Origin: Alistipes sp.
Lineage (GTDB): Bacteria; Bacteroidota; Bacteroidia; Bacteroidales; Rikenellaceae
Length of the DNA stretch: 64,000 bases
Assembly: GCA_036650515.1 (NCBI GenBank)
Contig: JAVVZO010000001.1
Coordinates: forward strand, 39,189 to 103,188
Direction: 5' to 3'
Part shown: positions 42,784-52,701 of the stretch, piece by piece
How positions within the stretch are numbered: the stretch's first letter is position 1
Layout of the letters: each line of letters starts with the position of its first letter
The notes under the pieces: model-generated
Databases searched by the model: none
Told to the model about the DNA's origin: nothing
The model's input: only the letters and a program-made list of their open reading frames with translations
Translations under genes and position numbers: made by a program

Positions 42784-43173
42784 ATGGCAAAAAAAACTGG
42801 AACAGTTAAAAAGAAAGTTGTTAAAGTTAGTGCCGTGGGTATGGCTTACGTACACTCGACTTTCAACAATGTGATCATCACGATCACCAATGAATTGGGC
42901 GATGTCATCAGCTGGTCTTCGGCCGGTAAGATGGGTTTCCGTGGCTCAAAGAAAAACACTCCCTATGCAGCGCAAACGGCTTCTTCCGATTGCGTTAAGG
43001 TCGCTTATGATATGGGTCTGCGTAAGGTAAAGGTTTATGTGAAAGGTCCCGGCGCAGGCCGCGAATCCGCGATCCGCACGATCCATGGTGCAGGCATCGA
43101 AGTGATGGAGATCATCGATGTCACTCCACTTCCACATAACGGTTGTCGTGCTCCTAACCGTCGTCGTGTATAA
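42784..43173 (+). CDS. rpsK: 30S ribosomal protein S11
   Basis: [10 protein letters not shown] and [11 protein letters not shown] motifs. Confidence 0.99.
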   Translation: MAKKTGTVKKKVVKVSAVGMAYVHSTFNNVIITITNELGDVISWSSAGKMGFRGSKKNTPYAAQTASSDCVKVAYDMGLRKVKVYVKGPGAGRESAIRTIHGAGIEVMEIIDVTPLPHNGCRAPNRRRV

Positions 43174-43222
43174 CGTCGTTGGAGAAGAGTGAATTTTATA
43201 ATGATTTAAAAAAGTTAAGACA

Positions 43223-43831
43223 ATGGGAAGATATATAGGACCAAAATCTAAAATCGCCAGAAAATTCGGCGAAGCTATTTATGGTGCCGACAAGGTGCTG
43301 GAAAAGAGGAATTATCCTCCTGGACAGCATGGTGTGACACGCAAGCGTAAAAAAGTATCGGAGTATGGTACGCAGTTGACGGAAAAGCAGAAGGCTAAAG
43401 CTATTTATGGCCTGCTGGAGAAGCAATTTGCCCGTACTTACGACCAGGCTGCTCGTTTGGGCGGTATCACGGGTGAGAACCTGCTGAAACTGTTGGAGTG
43501 CCGTCTGGATAATGTTGTTTATCGCTTGGGTATAGCACCTTCGCGTGCAGCTGCTCGTCAGTTGGTATCTCACTGCCACATCTGTGTAAACGGTAATGTT
43601 GTCAATATTCCGTCTTACTCATTGAAGGTTGGTGAAGTGGTATCGGTTCGCGAGAAGTCTAAGAGTTTAGAGGTGATCACAACGTCACTTGCTGGCGGTT
43701 CTAAGAGCCGTTATGCTTGGTTGGAGTGGGATGGTGCGACCATGTCGGGCCGTTTCCTGCAAAAACCGGAGCGCGAGGCGATCCCCGAAAACATCAAGGA
43801 GCAGCTAATCGTCGAGTTGTACTCCAAGTAG
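43223..43831 (+). CDS. rpsD: 30S ribosomal protein S4
   Basis: [16 protein letters not shown] and LIVELYSK motifs. Confidence 0.99.
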   Translation: MGRYIGPKSKIARKFGEAIYGADKVLEKRNYPPGQHGVTRKRKKVSEYGTQLTEKQKAKAIYGLLEKQFARTYDQAARLGGITGENLLKLLECRLDNVVYRLGIAPSRAAARQLVSHCHICVNGNVVNIPSYSLKVGEVVSVREKSKSLEVITTSLAGGSKSRYAWLEWDGATMSGRFLQKPEREAIPENIKEQLIVELYSK

Positions 43832-43855
43832 TAATTAAACAACAAATTCAATATT

Positions 43856-44848
43856 ATGGCAATATTAGCATTTCAGAAGCCTGAAAAGGTGATTATGCTT
43901 GAATCCACATCCTCGTTCGGGAAGTTTGAATTCCGTCCGTTGGAGCCTGGGTTCGGTATGACCGTCGGTAACGCGCTCCGCCGTGTGCTACTCTCTTCCT
44001 TAGAGGGTTATGCAATCACGACGGTGAAGGTTGCTGGCGTCGACCACGAGTTTGCCGCCATTCCTGGTGTGAAAGAGGGTATGATTGATATCATCCTGAA
44101 TCTCAAACAGGTTCGTTTTGTCCATACCGTTGATAATCAGGAAGCTGAGAAGGTATTGATCAACGTGGCTGGTGTTACAGAACTAACCGCAGGATATATC
44201 TCCAACTTCCTCTCTTCATTCAAGGTGTTGAATCCGGAGTTGGTAATCTGTCATCTTGCTCCCGGAACGAAGGTTCAGATGACCCTTTCTATTGGTAAGG
44301 GTCGTGGCTATGTTCCCTCAGAAGAGAACGCTCCAGCCGAGTGCGAGTTTGGAACGCTTTTGATCGACTCCATCCATACGCCGATCAAAAATGTGAAGTA
44401 TTCGATTGAGGACTATCGCGTTGAGCAGAGAACTGACTACGAGAAGTTGAATTTGGAGATTACTACCGATGGTTCTATTCATCCAAAGGAAGCACTGAAG
44501 GAGGCGGCTAAAATTCTTATTCAGCACTTCATGCTTTTCTCTGATGAGAAGATCACGGTTAATATGGAGGATTCCAATGGAGCGGAAGAGTTCGATGAGG
44601 ATGTACTTCATATGCGCCAACTACTGAAGACAAAGTTGTCTGATCAGGATCTGAGCGTTCGTGCTCTGAACTGTCTGAAGGCGGCGGATGTTGACTCGGT
44701 GGGAGACCTGGTGAAACTCAATCGCAATGAGCTGCTGAAGTTCCGTAATTTCGGCAAGAAGTCGCTTACTGAATTGGACGAGCTGCTTACATCGCTCAAC
44801 CTGAAGTTCGGTATGGACGTATCTATCTACAAACTTGAAAAAGATTAA
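43856..44848 (+). CDS. rpoA: RNA polymerase alpha subunit
   Basis: [23 protein letters not shown] and NFGKKSL motifs. Confidence 0.99.
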   Translation: MAILAFQKPEKVIMLESTSSFGKFEFRPLEPGFGMTVGNALRRVLLSSLEGYAITTVKVAGVDHEFAAIPGVKEGMIDIILNLKQVRFVHTVDNQEAEKVLINVAGVTELTAGYISNFLSSFKVLNPELVICHLAPGTKVQMTLSIGKGRGYVPSEENAPAECEFGTLLIDSIHTPIKNVKYSIEDYRVEQRTDYEKLNLEITTDGSIHPKEALKEAAKILIQHFMLFSDEKITVNMEDSNGAEEFDEDVLHMRQLLKTKLSDQDLSVRALNCLKAADVDSVGDLVKLNRNELLKFRNFGKKSLTELDELLTSLNLKFGMDVSIYKLEKD

Positions 44849-44850
44849 TT

Positions 44851-45447
44851 ATGAGACACAATAAGAATTTTAATCATCTTGGCAGACAGGCGGGACACCG
44901 CAGAGCGATGTTGGCGAATATGGCCTCTTCGCTGATCATGCACAAGCGCATCGAGACCACGATTGCAAAGGCAAAAGCAGCACAGAAGTTTATTGAGCCG
45001 CTGATTACCAAATCAAAAGAGGATACAACTCATTCACGTCGTATTGTCTTTTCTTACCTGAAGCAAAAAGAGGCTGTTGCGGAGTTGTTCCGTACGATCG
45101 CTCCGAAGATTGCCGAGCGTCCGGGTGGTTATACCCGTGTTTTGAAGACTGGTTTCCGCTTGGGTGATGGCGCTGATATGTGCATCATCGAGTTCGTTGA
45201 CTTCAACGAGGCATATACGCTGGGTATTCTCCCTGCTGCAACAACGGAAGTGAAGTCTAAAACTCGTCGTTCGCGCAAACCGGCTACCAAATCTACGGAC
45301 GCTGTCGAAGAGGCAACGGTTGTTGATGAGAAGACCAAGAAGGCTGCTCCCAAGAAGGCCGCAGCTCCCAAAGCAACGGGTCGGACTGCCGCAAAAACTG
45401 CTGCACCGAAGGTTGCCAAGAAGACCAATGTAGGAAAGAAGATGTAA
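44851..45447 (+). CDS. rplQ: 50S ribosomal protein L17 with a Lys/Ala-rich C-terminal tail
   Basis: MRHN..LGR and RPGGYTR motifs. Confidence 0.98.
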   Translation: MRHNKNFNHLGRQAGHRRAMLANMASSLIMHKRIETTIAKAKAAQKFIEPLITKSKEDTTHSRRIVFSYLKQKEAVAELFRTIAPKIAERPGGYTRVLKTGFRLGDGADMCIIEFVDFNEAYTLGILPAATTEVKSKTRRSRKPATKSTDAVEEATVVDEKTKKAAPKKAAAPKATGRTAAKTAAPKVAKKTNVGKKM

Positions 45448-45483
45448 TTATTTCCGATCGTGTCGCACTGTGACACGGGGATT

Positions 45484-45520
45484 AAATCCGCAAAAGAGTT
45501 TGCTTTTTTGCGGATTTTTT
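45484..45520 (+). terminator. Intrinsic terminator of the alpha operon
   Basis: aaatccgcaaaa/ttttgcggattt stem followed by a T-tract. Confidence 0.8.
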
Positions 45521-45998
45521 GTGTTTGCACTCTTTGCCGTAACACGGAGGGAGTTCCCGTTCTTTTTGTCTGCCAATAAAGAGTTAGGAGCTGTTTTGAA
45601 TTTATTCATCTCCTCTTTTGGGCTCTCTTCTCTCGTCACTTCCCTCTTTTTGCAGTGCGTGGTGAGGGCCAAGCAGATGCCGTGATAGGCGAAAATTGGC
45701 GTTCTTTGCCGTGGCAAAAGTAGAAAAATAGGAGATGGAAGCAGAGGTGTAGATTTTTTTGTCGAATTGTGAACTACATATCTTTTTAATATATACATTT
45801 GCAGCGAATAAAGAGCGGTTTTGAATGGTGAGCCGCACTTTTTTCTGCCCTTTGTTGCCTCTTTTCCGGTTGCTTTTCGCTTTATTGGCGTGACGATGCA
45901 CCTTTGTACCAACCGAAAAATAGCCTCAAAATGGCTGTGAAATAAATTTTGTTGACAATCATAGCTTCTAAATAGAATTACTTAAAATAGCGTTCGGT

Positions 45999-46877
45999 AT
46001 GAAACAAATTGGTTACATTTTATGCTGCATGATGGTACTCACATCATGTGTGAGTCGGAATAGTGCAGATCAGCTGCGAAATGAAAAGGATTCTGTGGAG
46101 ATTATCCTTCACGCCAAAGATTCGATGATGAACGAGGTCTTTGTGGCGATGAATACCATCTCTGAAAATCTTTCAGCTATCAAAATTCGCGAGAATCTCA
46201 TCACAACGGTGAGCAATAGTGATCAGGCAGGGCAAGCACCCACGGGGCAAATTGACGAGGACATTGCCGCTATTGATCAGCTGTTGCAAGACAATCGCGC
46301 CAAAATAGCCTCGCTGGAGCAATCAGCTGCGAAGTTGCGCAAGGCGCGGGTGAAAATCAGTGGGATGGAGAAGATGATCGCCAACTTACAGAATCAGTTA
46401 GATGCCAAGGATGGTGAAATTTCACAGCTCAAGCAGCAACTCTCTCAGTTGGGCATTCAGGTGAACCAGTTGAGCGAAACCGTGACTGCACAGGCCGCAC
46501 AGGTGGAAGATCTCAGCTCGACCAAAACGGCATTGACCGAGGAGGTGCGGAGTAAGACCGATCAGTTGCATACGGCCTATTATCTTATCGGCGCACAAAA
46601 GGAGCTGATCGCCTCGAAGGTGATCTCGAAACAGGGCTTTATCGGCCGGACACTCAAGGTGAACGAAAACCCCGGTCTGGATCGTTTTACACAAGTGGAT
46701 ACGCGGTCGCTGAAAGAGATCCCCGTGGGACATAAAAATGTGAGCTTGGTAACGATGCACCCAAACTCTTCTTATGAGCTCAAAATGGGCGAAGATAAGA
46801 TGGTTCAGACTTTGGTGATTACCAATCCTGAGCAATTTTGGGAGTACTCTAAGATATTGGTTATCAGCTATAAATAA
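45999..46877 (+). CDS. Coiled-coil lipoprotein (resembles the Bacteroidota Cbp1-like family)
   Basis: Lipobox LTSC at residues 14-17, long heptad region, C-terminal beta domain (LVITNPEQFW..SK.LVI). Confidence 0.6.
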   Translation: MKQIGYILCCMMVLTSCVSRNSADQLRNEKDSVEIILHAKDSMMNEVFVAMNTISENLSAIKIRENLITTVSNSDQAGQAPTGQIDEDIAAIDQLLQDNRAKIASLEQSAAKLRKARVKISGMEKMIANLQNQLDAKDGEISQLKQQLSQLGIQVNQLSETVTAQAAQVEDLSSTKTALTEEVRSKTDQLHTAYYLIGAQKELIASKVISKQGFIGRTLKVNENPGLDRFTQVDTRSLKEIPVGHKNVSLVTMHPNSSYELKMGEDKMVQTLVITNPEQFWEYSKILVISYK

Positions 46878-46951
46878 GAGGTTTGTTTCGATCTTGTTTC
46901 GAATCTTTCCCAAATAGTATAAGTTAATTATTTAATCCCTAAAAGATCAAT

Positions 46952-46987
46952 AATAGGAGTGGGCTTTGGCTCGCTCCTATTTTTTTG
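46952..46987 (+). terminator. Intrinsic terminator
   Basis: aataggagtgggc-tttg-gctcgctcctatt followed by a T-run. Confidence 0.8.
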
Positions 46988-47142
46988 CTAAGGAAGGCAC
47001 GAAGAGCACGGCAATACTATTTTCCGCTTGAGAGGTTGATTCTACGTGGATTAAACCGTAGTGTGAATTGACTAACAGCTGAATCCACCCGTTCATTGAG
47101 CTGAAGGAATAGATGATGAAACAGATTTTTTATTGTAATATA

Positions 47143-47173
47143 TTTGCGACAATCAAGAAAATGTTTATCTTTG
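47143..47173 (+). promoter_or_regulatory. Consensus Bacteroidota promoter of the lysine-fermentation operon
   Basis: TTTG (47143-47146), 19-nt spacer, TATCTTTG (47166-47173). Confidence 0.7.
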
Positions 47174-47219
47174 TAGTCTATGCAGTAAAAAATGTTTCGG
47201 ATTAAAACTATATCAACTC

Positions 47220-47873
47220 ATGAATAAAAAAATTGACTTAAACGATGCCGTTGCTCTTGTCAAAGACGGAATGACGGTGATGGTCGGCGGCTTTCTCGGT
47301 GTCGGCGCGGCAACTGAAATCCTCTCCGCTTTGGCGCAAACCAAGGTGCGCAACCTGACTTTGATCTGCAATGACACGGCTTTTCCCGACAAGGCGCAAG
47401 GTCTGCTTGTTGTCGGTGGTCAGGTCTCCAATTTAATCGTCACCCATATCGGGACCAACCCAGTTACTGGGGAGAAGATGAACACCGGTGAGATTAAGAT
47501 CGAATTTGCACCTCAGGGTACATTGGCAGAGCGCATCCGTGCCGCTGGGGCTGGCTTGGGCGGTGTGTTGACCAAAACAGGTCTTGGAACTTCGGTGGCT
47601 GATGGGAAGCAGACAATCACCGTGGATGGAGTTGAATACCTGCTTGAGAAGCCGCTTCATGCTGACCTTGCTCTTTTGGGGGCATCGCTGGCCGATGAAT
47701 CAGGTAACTTGATCTACCGTGGTACGGCGCAGAACTTCAATCCCTTGATGGCGACGGCTGCTGATGTGGTTATTGTGGAGGCACAGCAGGTTGTACCTTG
47801 TGGTCAATTAGCTCCCGAAGCAATCCATACGCCGGGAATATTTGTCGATTATATCTATTCAAAAACGAAATAA
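47220..47873 (+). CDS. atoD: Butyrate-acetoacetate CoA-transferase subunit A
   Basis: [22 protein letters not shown] and NFNPLMA motifs; operon context. Confidence 0.9.
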   Translation: MNKKIDLNDAVALVKDGMTVMVGGFLGVGAATEILSALAQTKVRNLTLICNDTAFPDKAQGLLVVGGQVSNLIVTHIGTNPVTGEKMNTGEIKIEFAPQGTLAERIRAAGAGLGGVLTKTGLGTSVADGKQTITVDGVEYLLEKPLHADLALLGASLADESGNLIYRGTAQNFNPLMATAADVVIVEAQQVVPCGQLAPEAIHTPGIFVDYIYSKTK

Positions 47874-47875
47874 TT

Positions 47876-48262
47876 ATGGCTTTGAAATCACTTATTAGAC
47901 TCCGGATGAGTTGTGCAGATGCACACTATGGCGGTAATTTGGTCGATGGGGCGAAGATGCTCCAACTGTTTGGCGATGTAGCGACAGAGCTACTTATTCT
48001 CCGAGATGGAGACGAAGGTCTTTTTAAAGCCTACGACAGTGTTGAATTTATGGCTCCGGTCTATGCGGGCGATTTTATTGAGGCTTCAGGCGAGATCGTC
48101 TCTGAAGGTAACTCTTCGCGCAAGATGGTTTTTGAGGCGCGCAAGGTCATCGTGCCACGTCCCGATATTTCGGATTCAGCAGCAGATAAGTTGGACGAGC
48201 CAATTATAGTTTGCCGCGCCAGCGGTACCTGTGTTGTCCCCAAGAAGAGTCAACGGAAATAA
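47876..48262 (+). CDS. kal: 3-aminobutyryl-CoA ammonia-lyase (hotdog fold)
   Basis: [12 protein letters not shown] and GDVATEL...DGDEGLF motifs. Confidence 0.92.
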   Translation: MALKSLIRLRMSCADAHYGGNLVDGAKMLQLFGDVATELLILRDGDEGLFKAYDSVEFMAPVYAGDFIEASGEIVSEGNSSRKMVFEARKVIVPRPDISDSAADKLDEPIIVCRASGTCVVPKKSQRK

Positions 48263-48272
48263 AACGATAGAG

Positions 48273-49103
48273 ATGGAAAAACTGATTATTACAGCGGCAA
48301 TCTGTGGCGCTGAGGTGCTCAAAGAGCACAATCCGGCCGTCCCTTATACCATTTCGGAATGTGCGGCTGAAGCAAAAGCAGCCTACGATGCGGGTGCCAG
48401 TTTGATTCACCTGCACGTCAGGGAGGATGATGGTAAACCCACCCAGAGCAAAGAGCGCTTCCGTTTAGTGATGGAGGCTATTCGTGCTTGCTGTCCCGAT
48501 GCAATTATTCAACCTTCAACCGGTGGTGCGGTAGGCATGACCAATGACGAGCGTTTACAACCTACCGAGTTGCTCCCGGAGATGGCTACCCTTGATTGCG
48601 GAACCCTGAATTTTGGGGGAGACGATATTTTTGAAAATACAGAGAATACCATTAAATATTTTGGACAACGCATGATCGAACGGGGTATCAAGCCGGAGAT
48701 CGAGGTGTTCGACAAAAGTATGATTGAGATGGCGATACGTCTGCGCGCCAAAGGATTCATCGTTGATCCGATGCACTTTGATTTTGTGATGGGTGTCAAT
48801 GGCGGTATTGGTGGTGATCTGCGCGATTTTGTCTTCTTGCGTGGAAGTATTCCTGCCAATGCAACCTATACGGTTGCCGGTGTAGGACGTTATGAATTTC
48901 CACTCGCTGCTGCGGCCATCTTGGATGGTGGTCATGTGCGTGTGGGCTTCGAAGATAATGTCTACCTCTCCAAAGGCGTGTTGGCCAAATCCAATGGTGA
49001 ATTGGTTGCCAAGGTCGTTCGTTTGGCCAAAGAATTTGGCCGTCCGATCGCCTCACCGGCAGAAGCACGTGCCATTTTGGGCTTAGCCCCTCGAAACAAG
49101 TAA
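48273..49103 (+). CDS. kce: 3-keto-5-aminohexanoate cleavage enzyme
   Basis: IHLHVR, STGG and GHVRVGFEDN (DUF849) motifs. Confidence 0.93.
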   Translation: MEKLIITAAICGAEVLKEHNPAVPYTISECAAEAKAAYDAGASLIHLHVREDDGKPTQSKERFRLVMEAIRACCPDAIIQPSTGGAVGMTNDERLQPTELLPEMATLDCGTLNFGGDDIFENTENTIKYFGQRMIERGIKPEIEVFDKSMIEMAIRLRAKGFIVDPMHFDFVMGVNGGIGGDLRDFVFLRGSIPANATYTVAGVGRYEFPLAAAAILDGGHVRVGFEDNVYLSKGVLAKSNGELVAKVVRLAKEFGRPIASPAEARAILGLAPRNK

Positions 49104-49133
49104 TAAGTAACAACCCTAAAAATTTTACGAGAT

Positions 49134-50174
49134 ATGAAAAAAGGAAATAAATACGGTACACACCGTGTCATTGAGCCGAAGGGCGTGCTGCCCCAGCCGG
49201 CTGATCGTTTGGACAACAACATGGACGAGATCTACGATAACGAGATCCTCATCGACGTACAAACCCTAAACATAGACTCCGCCAGCTTTACTCAAATTGA
49301 GGAACAAGCCGGTGGCGACAAAGCACGTATCGCTGAGATTATGCTCGGCATCGTTGCAAAACAAGGCAAACACCGCAATCCGGTGACCGGTTCGGGTGGT
49401 ATGCTACTCGGTACGGTAGAAAAAATCGGTGATGCTCTTGCCGGTAAGATTGATCTGAAGGTGGGTGATAAAATCGCCACACTGGTATCGCTGTCACTTA
49501 CTCCGTTGCGTATTGATCGCATCAAAGACATTCGCCCTGATATTGATCAGGTAGATATTGATGGTAAGGCTATTCTGTTTGAGAGTGGTATCTACGCCAA
49601 GATTCCAACCGATATGCCGGAGAATTTGGCACTTTCGGCACTGGACGTTGCCGGTGCTCCTGCACAGACAGCCAAGTTGGTAAAACCCGGTGACACGGTA
49701 CTCATTATCGGTGCAGGTGGCAAGTCGGGTATGCTCTGCTGCTACGAAGCGAAAAAACGTGCCGGCGTGACTGGCAAGGTGATCGGTTTGTGTCACAGCC
49801 AGCGGAGTACGGATCGGATGAAAGAGTTGGGTTTCTGCGACTATGTTTTTGCCGCTGATGCCACCAAACCGGTTGCTGTACTTGAGAAAATCGAAGAACT
49901 GACTAAGGGTGAGATGTGTGATGTGACCATCAATAATGTGAACATCACCGACACAGAGATGACGTCGATCCTTTGCACCAAAAATTGCGGTGTGGTCTAC
50001 TTCTTCTCTATGGCTACCAGCTTCACCAAGGCTGCTTTGGGCGCTGAAGGTGTCGGTAGTGATGTGACGATGATCATGGGTAATGGTTACACCCGTGGGC
50101 ACGCCGAAATCACCCTGCAACTGCTGCGTGAGTCGGAGAAATTACGTAAGATATTCACAGAATTATACGCCTAA
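49134..50174 (+). CDS. kdd: L-erythro-3,5-diaminohexanoate dehydrogenase
   Basis: YGTHRVIEP, NPVTGSGGML and LDVAGAP motifs. Confidence 0.93.
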   Translation: MKKGNKYGTHRVIEPKGVLPQPADRLDNNMDEIYDNEILIDVQTLNIDSASFTQIEEQAGGDKARIAEIMLGIVAKQGKHRNPVTGSGGMLLGTVEKIGDALAGKIDLKVGDKIATLVSLSLTPLRIDRIKDIRPDIDQVDIDGKAILFESGIYAKIPTDMPENLALSALDVAGAPAQTAKLVKPGDTVLIIGAGGKSGMLCCYEAKKRAGVTGKVIGLCHSQRSTDRMKELGFCDYVFAADATKPVAVLEKIEELTKGEMCDVTINNVNITDTEMTSILCTKNCGVVYFFSMATSFTKAALGAEGVGSDVTMIMGNGYTRGHAEITLQLLRESEKLRKIFTELYA

Positions 50175-50189
50175 AATGAGAGGTTAACC

Positions 50190-50216
50190 CCGCAAGACGC
50201 AAAATGCGTCTTGCGG
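50190..50216 (+). other. 12-bp perfect hairpin inside the operon, with no U-tract
   Basis: ccgcaagacgca-aaa-tgcgtcttgcgg. Confidence 0.7.
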
Positions 50217-50403
50217 TCGGTTGACTTTATCGGGCGTTCAGGCTACTCCCAAACAATAGCTTCAGTCTTCTTGAAGGTGCTGAAAGTAATGGATCTTCTG
50301 TTCGAACGGTTGGAAATCAATCCTTTGGCAGAAGGGGCTTATTCGCTATAAGGGAGGGGGTAGTATCATAAAGAGCGATTTTTCATCACTTAAAAAAGTA
50401 AAG

Positions 50404-51672
50404 ATGGAATCCAGAAGAAAAGTGCTATATCCCGATGTCCCTGATGAGTTGTGGAACGATTGGAAATGGCAGGTAAAAAACCGGATCGAGACTCTGGAGG
50501 AGCTGAAGCGTTATATTACGCTCACCCCTGAAGAGGAACGTGGAGTGAAAACCTCCCTTGAGACCCTTCGTATGGCCATTACGCCATACTATTTGAGTCT
50601 GATTGATCCTGATGATCCTCATTGTCCGATTCGGCGTCAGTCGATACCTACGGCCAGTGAAACCCATATTGCAGCTGCCGACCTACTCGATCCTTTGCAT
50701 GAGGATGAGGATTCGCCGGTTCCGGGTCTTACCCATCGTTATCCCGATCGGGTTTTGTTGCTGATCACAGATATGTGTTCTATGTATTGTCGTCATTGTA
50801 CGCGCCGACGCTTTGCCGGACACAAAGACGATGAGATGCCGGTAGATCGTATTGACCGCGCTATCGACTATATTGCCGCTACACCTGAGGTGCGCGATGT
50901 CCTTCTTTCAGGAGGCGATGCGTTGATGGTGAGCGACAAACGCTTGGAATACATTATCCAGCGCTTGCGGGCTATTCCCCACGTGGAGATTATCCGCATC
51001 GGAACACGTACGCCGGTGGTTTGTCCACAACGTATTACCCCCGAACTGGTGGCTATGTTGAAAAAATACCACCCTATTTGGCTCAATACTCACTTCAACC
51101 ATCCCAATGAGATTACGCCCGAATCGGCGGCAGCTTGTGCTCGGATGGCAGATGCCGGTATCCCTTTGGGCAATCAATCGGTGCTGTTGCGAGGGGTGAA
51201 TGACTGTGTCCATATTATGAAACATTTGGTGCAAGGTTTGGTGAAGATCCGTGTGCGTCCCTACTATATCTACCAATGCGACCTCTCTATGGGCTTGGAG
51301 CATTTCCGTACCCCTGTGTCGAAGGGCATTGAGATTATCGAGGCGTTGCGAGGTCATACCTCCGGTTATGCTGTTCCGACTTTTGTTGTGGATGCTCCGG
51401 GTGGTGGTGGCAAGACCCCCGTCATGCCGAATTATGTGATTTCACAATCTCCGGGCAAGGTCATTCTTCGTAATTTTGAAGGGGTGATCACCACCTATAC
51501 CGAACCGGAAGAGTACCATAATGAGTGTCATTGCGAGGAGTGTCAAAACCATTCGGCAAAAGTCGATGGTGTTGAAGCCCTCTTGGAAGGCAAGATGCTA
51601 AGTTTAGAACCCGCCCACCTGCTCCGTAAAGAACGGTGTGAAAAGGCGAAATTGAAGAACCAAAAGAAGTAA
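50404..51672 (+). CDS. kamA: L-lysine 2,3-aminomutase
   Basis: Radical-SAM CSMYCRHC, PLP lysine in APGGGGK, C-terminal CHCEEC. Confidence 0.97.
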   Translation: MESRRKVLYPDVPDELWNDWKWQVKNRIETLEELKRYITLTPEEERGVKTSLETLRMAITPYYLSLIDPDDPHCPIRRQSIPTASETHIAAADLLDPLHEDEDSPVPGLTHRYPDRVLLLITDMCSMYCRHCTRRRFAGHKDDEMPVDRIDRAIDYIAATPEVRDVLLSGGDALMVSDKRLEYIIQRLRAIPHVEIIRIGTRTPVVCPQRITPELVAMLKKYHPIWLNTHFNHPNEITPESAAACARMADAGIPLGNQSVLLRGVNDCVHIMKHLVQGLVKIRVRPYYIYQCDLSMGLEHFRTPVSKGIEIIEALRGHTSGYAVPTFVVDAPGGGGKTPVMPNYVISQSPGKVILRNFEGVITTYTEPEEYHNECHCEECQNHSAKVDGVEALLEGKMLSLEPAHLLRKERCEKAKLKNQKK

Positions 51673-51681
51673 CCCAATGTA

Positions 51682-52701
51682 ATGCCTTTTATCCCTGAAA
51701 TACTCCGCCACCGCTCCATATCCATTATCGGACTGGAAAAAAATACCGGCAAAACTGAGTGCTTGAATTATATCCTGCGTCAGTTGCCGGTGTTGGGGGG
51801 GCGAACAATAGCAATTACCTCCATTGGGATAGATGGCGAAACCAAAGATGTTCTCTCCGGCAGAGCCAAACCGGCCGTCCATGTGCGCGCTGGGATGATC
51901 TTCGCCACCAGTGAAAAATATCTTCCTGCCCATGGTGTGGTAGCGGAACTGCTGGATGTGAGCGACGAAGGCTCTGCTTTGGGACGTATGGTTACCGCAC
52001 GCGCCCTGACCGATGGTGCGGTGTTGCTGTCGGGCCCATTATCAACGGCGGCACTTGGCCGTTGGATCTCAGGGATTGATCGCTTTGGCGTGGATTTGGT
52101 GCTTGTCGATGGCGCTCTTTCGAGGATGAGTTCCGCTTCACCGGTGGTGACCGATGCAATGATTTTATCTACCGGAGCTGCGTGTTCGACCAATGTCGAT
52201 ATTTTGATTCGGCGAACGGCTTTTGTGGTGGAGAAGATCCGCCTTCCAGAAGCTGAACCACAGCTGATCGCCCAGTTGACTCCCTTGGACGAGGGTGTGT
52301 GGGCGGTGGATGCACAGGGTGAAATCTATGATATGCAAGTCTCCTCAACGCTCTTGGCAGCAGATGCTTGGACCGTTCCAAAGGGATGTAAAATGTTTTA
52401 TGTGACAGGGGCGCTGACCGATGGTTTTGTGGAGAGGCTCTCTGTGGATAAAAAGATACACAAGCCCGTAATTATTGTACGGGATTTTACGAAAATATGT
52501 ATGTCTCAAGCCGCTTGGATGAATTTCAAAGTCGCTGGAGGCCGTTTATTGGTGCTCAAGAGCAGTCGCTTGATTGCGGTTTGCGTCAATCCGGTAGCAC
52601 CCAATGGAATCGTATTGGATTCCGACCAACTATGTGAAAAATTATCGGCAGCGTTGTCGTTGCCGGTTTATGATATTGTAAAAAATGCCGATGCTGTTTA
52701 G
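51682..52701 (+). CDS. kamB: KamB-like putative lysine 5,6-aminomutase reactivase subunit
   Basis: N-terminal GLEKNTGKT P-loop-like motif and DGALSR; located between kamA and kamC/kamD. Confidence 0.65.
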   Translation: MPFIPEILRHRSISIIGLEKNTGKTECLNYILRQLPVLGGRTIAITSIGIDGETKDVLSGRAKPAVHVRAGMIFATSEKYLPAHGVVAELLDVSDEGSALGRMVTARALTDGAVLLSGPLSTAALGRWISGIDRFGVDLVLVDGALSRMSSASPVVTDAMILSTGAACSTNVDILIRRTAFVVEKIRLPEAEPQLIAQLTPLDEGVWAVDAQGEIYDMQVSSTLLAADAWTVPKGCKMFYVTGALTDGFVERLSVDKKIHKPVIIVRDFTKICMSQAAWMNFKVAGGRLLVLKSSRLIAVCVNPVAPNGIVLDSDQLCEKLSAALSLPVYDIVKNADAV

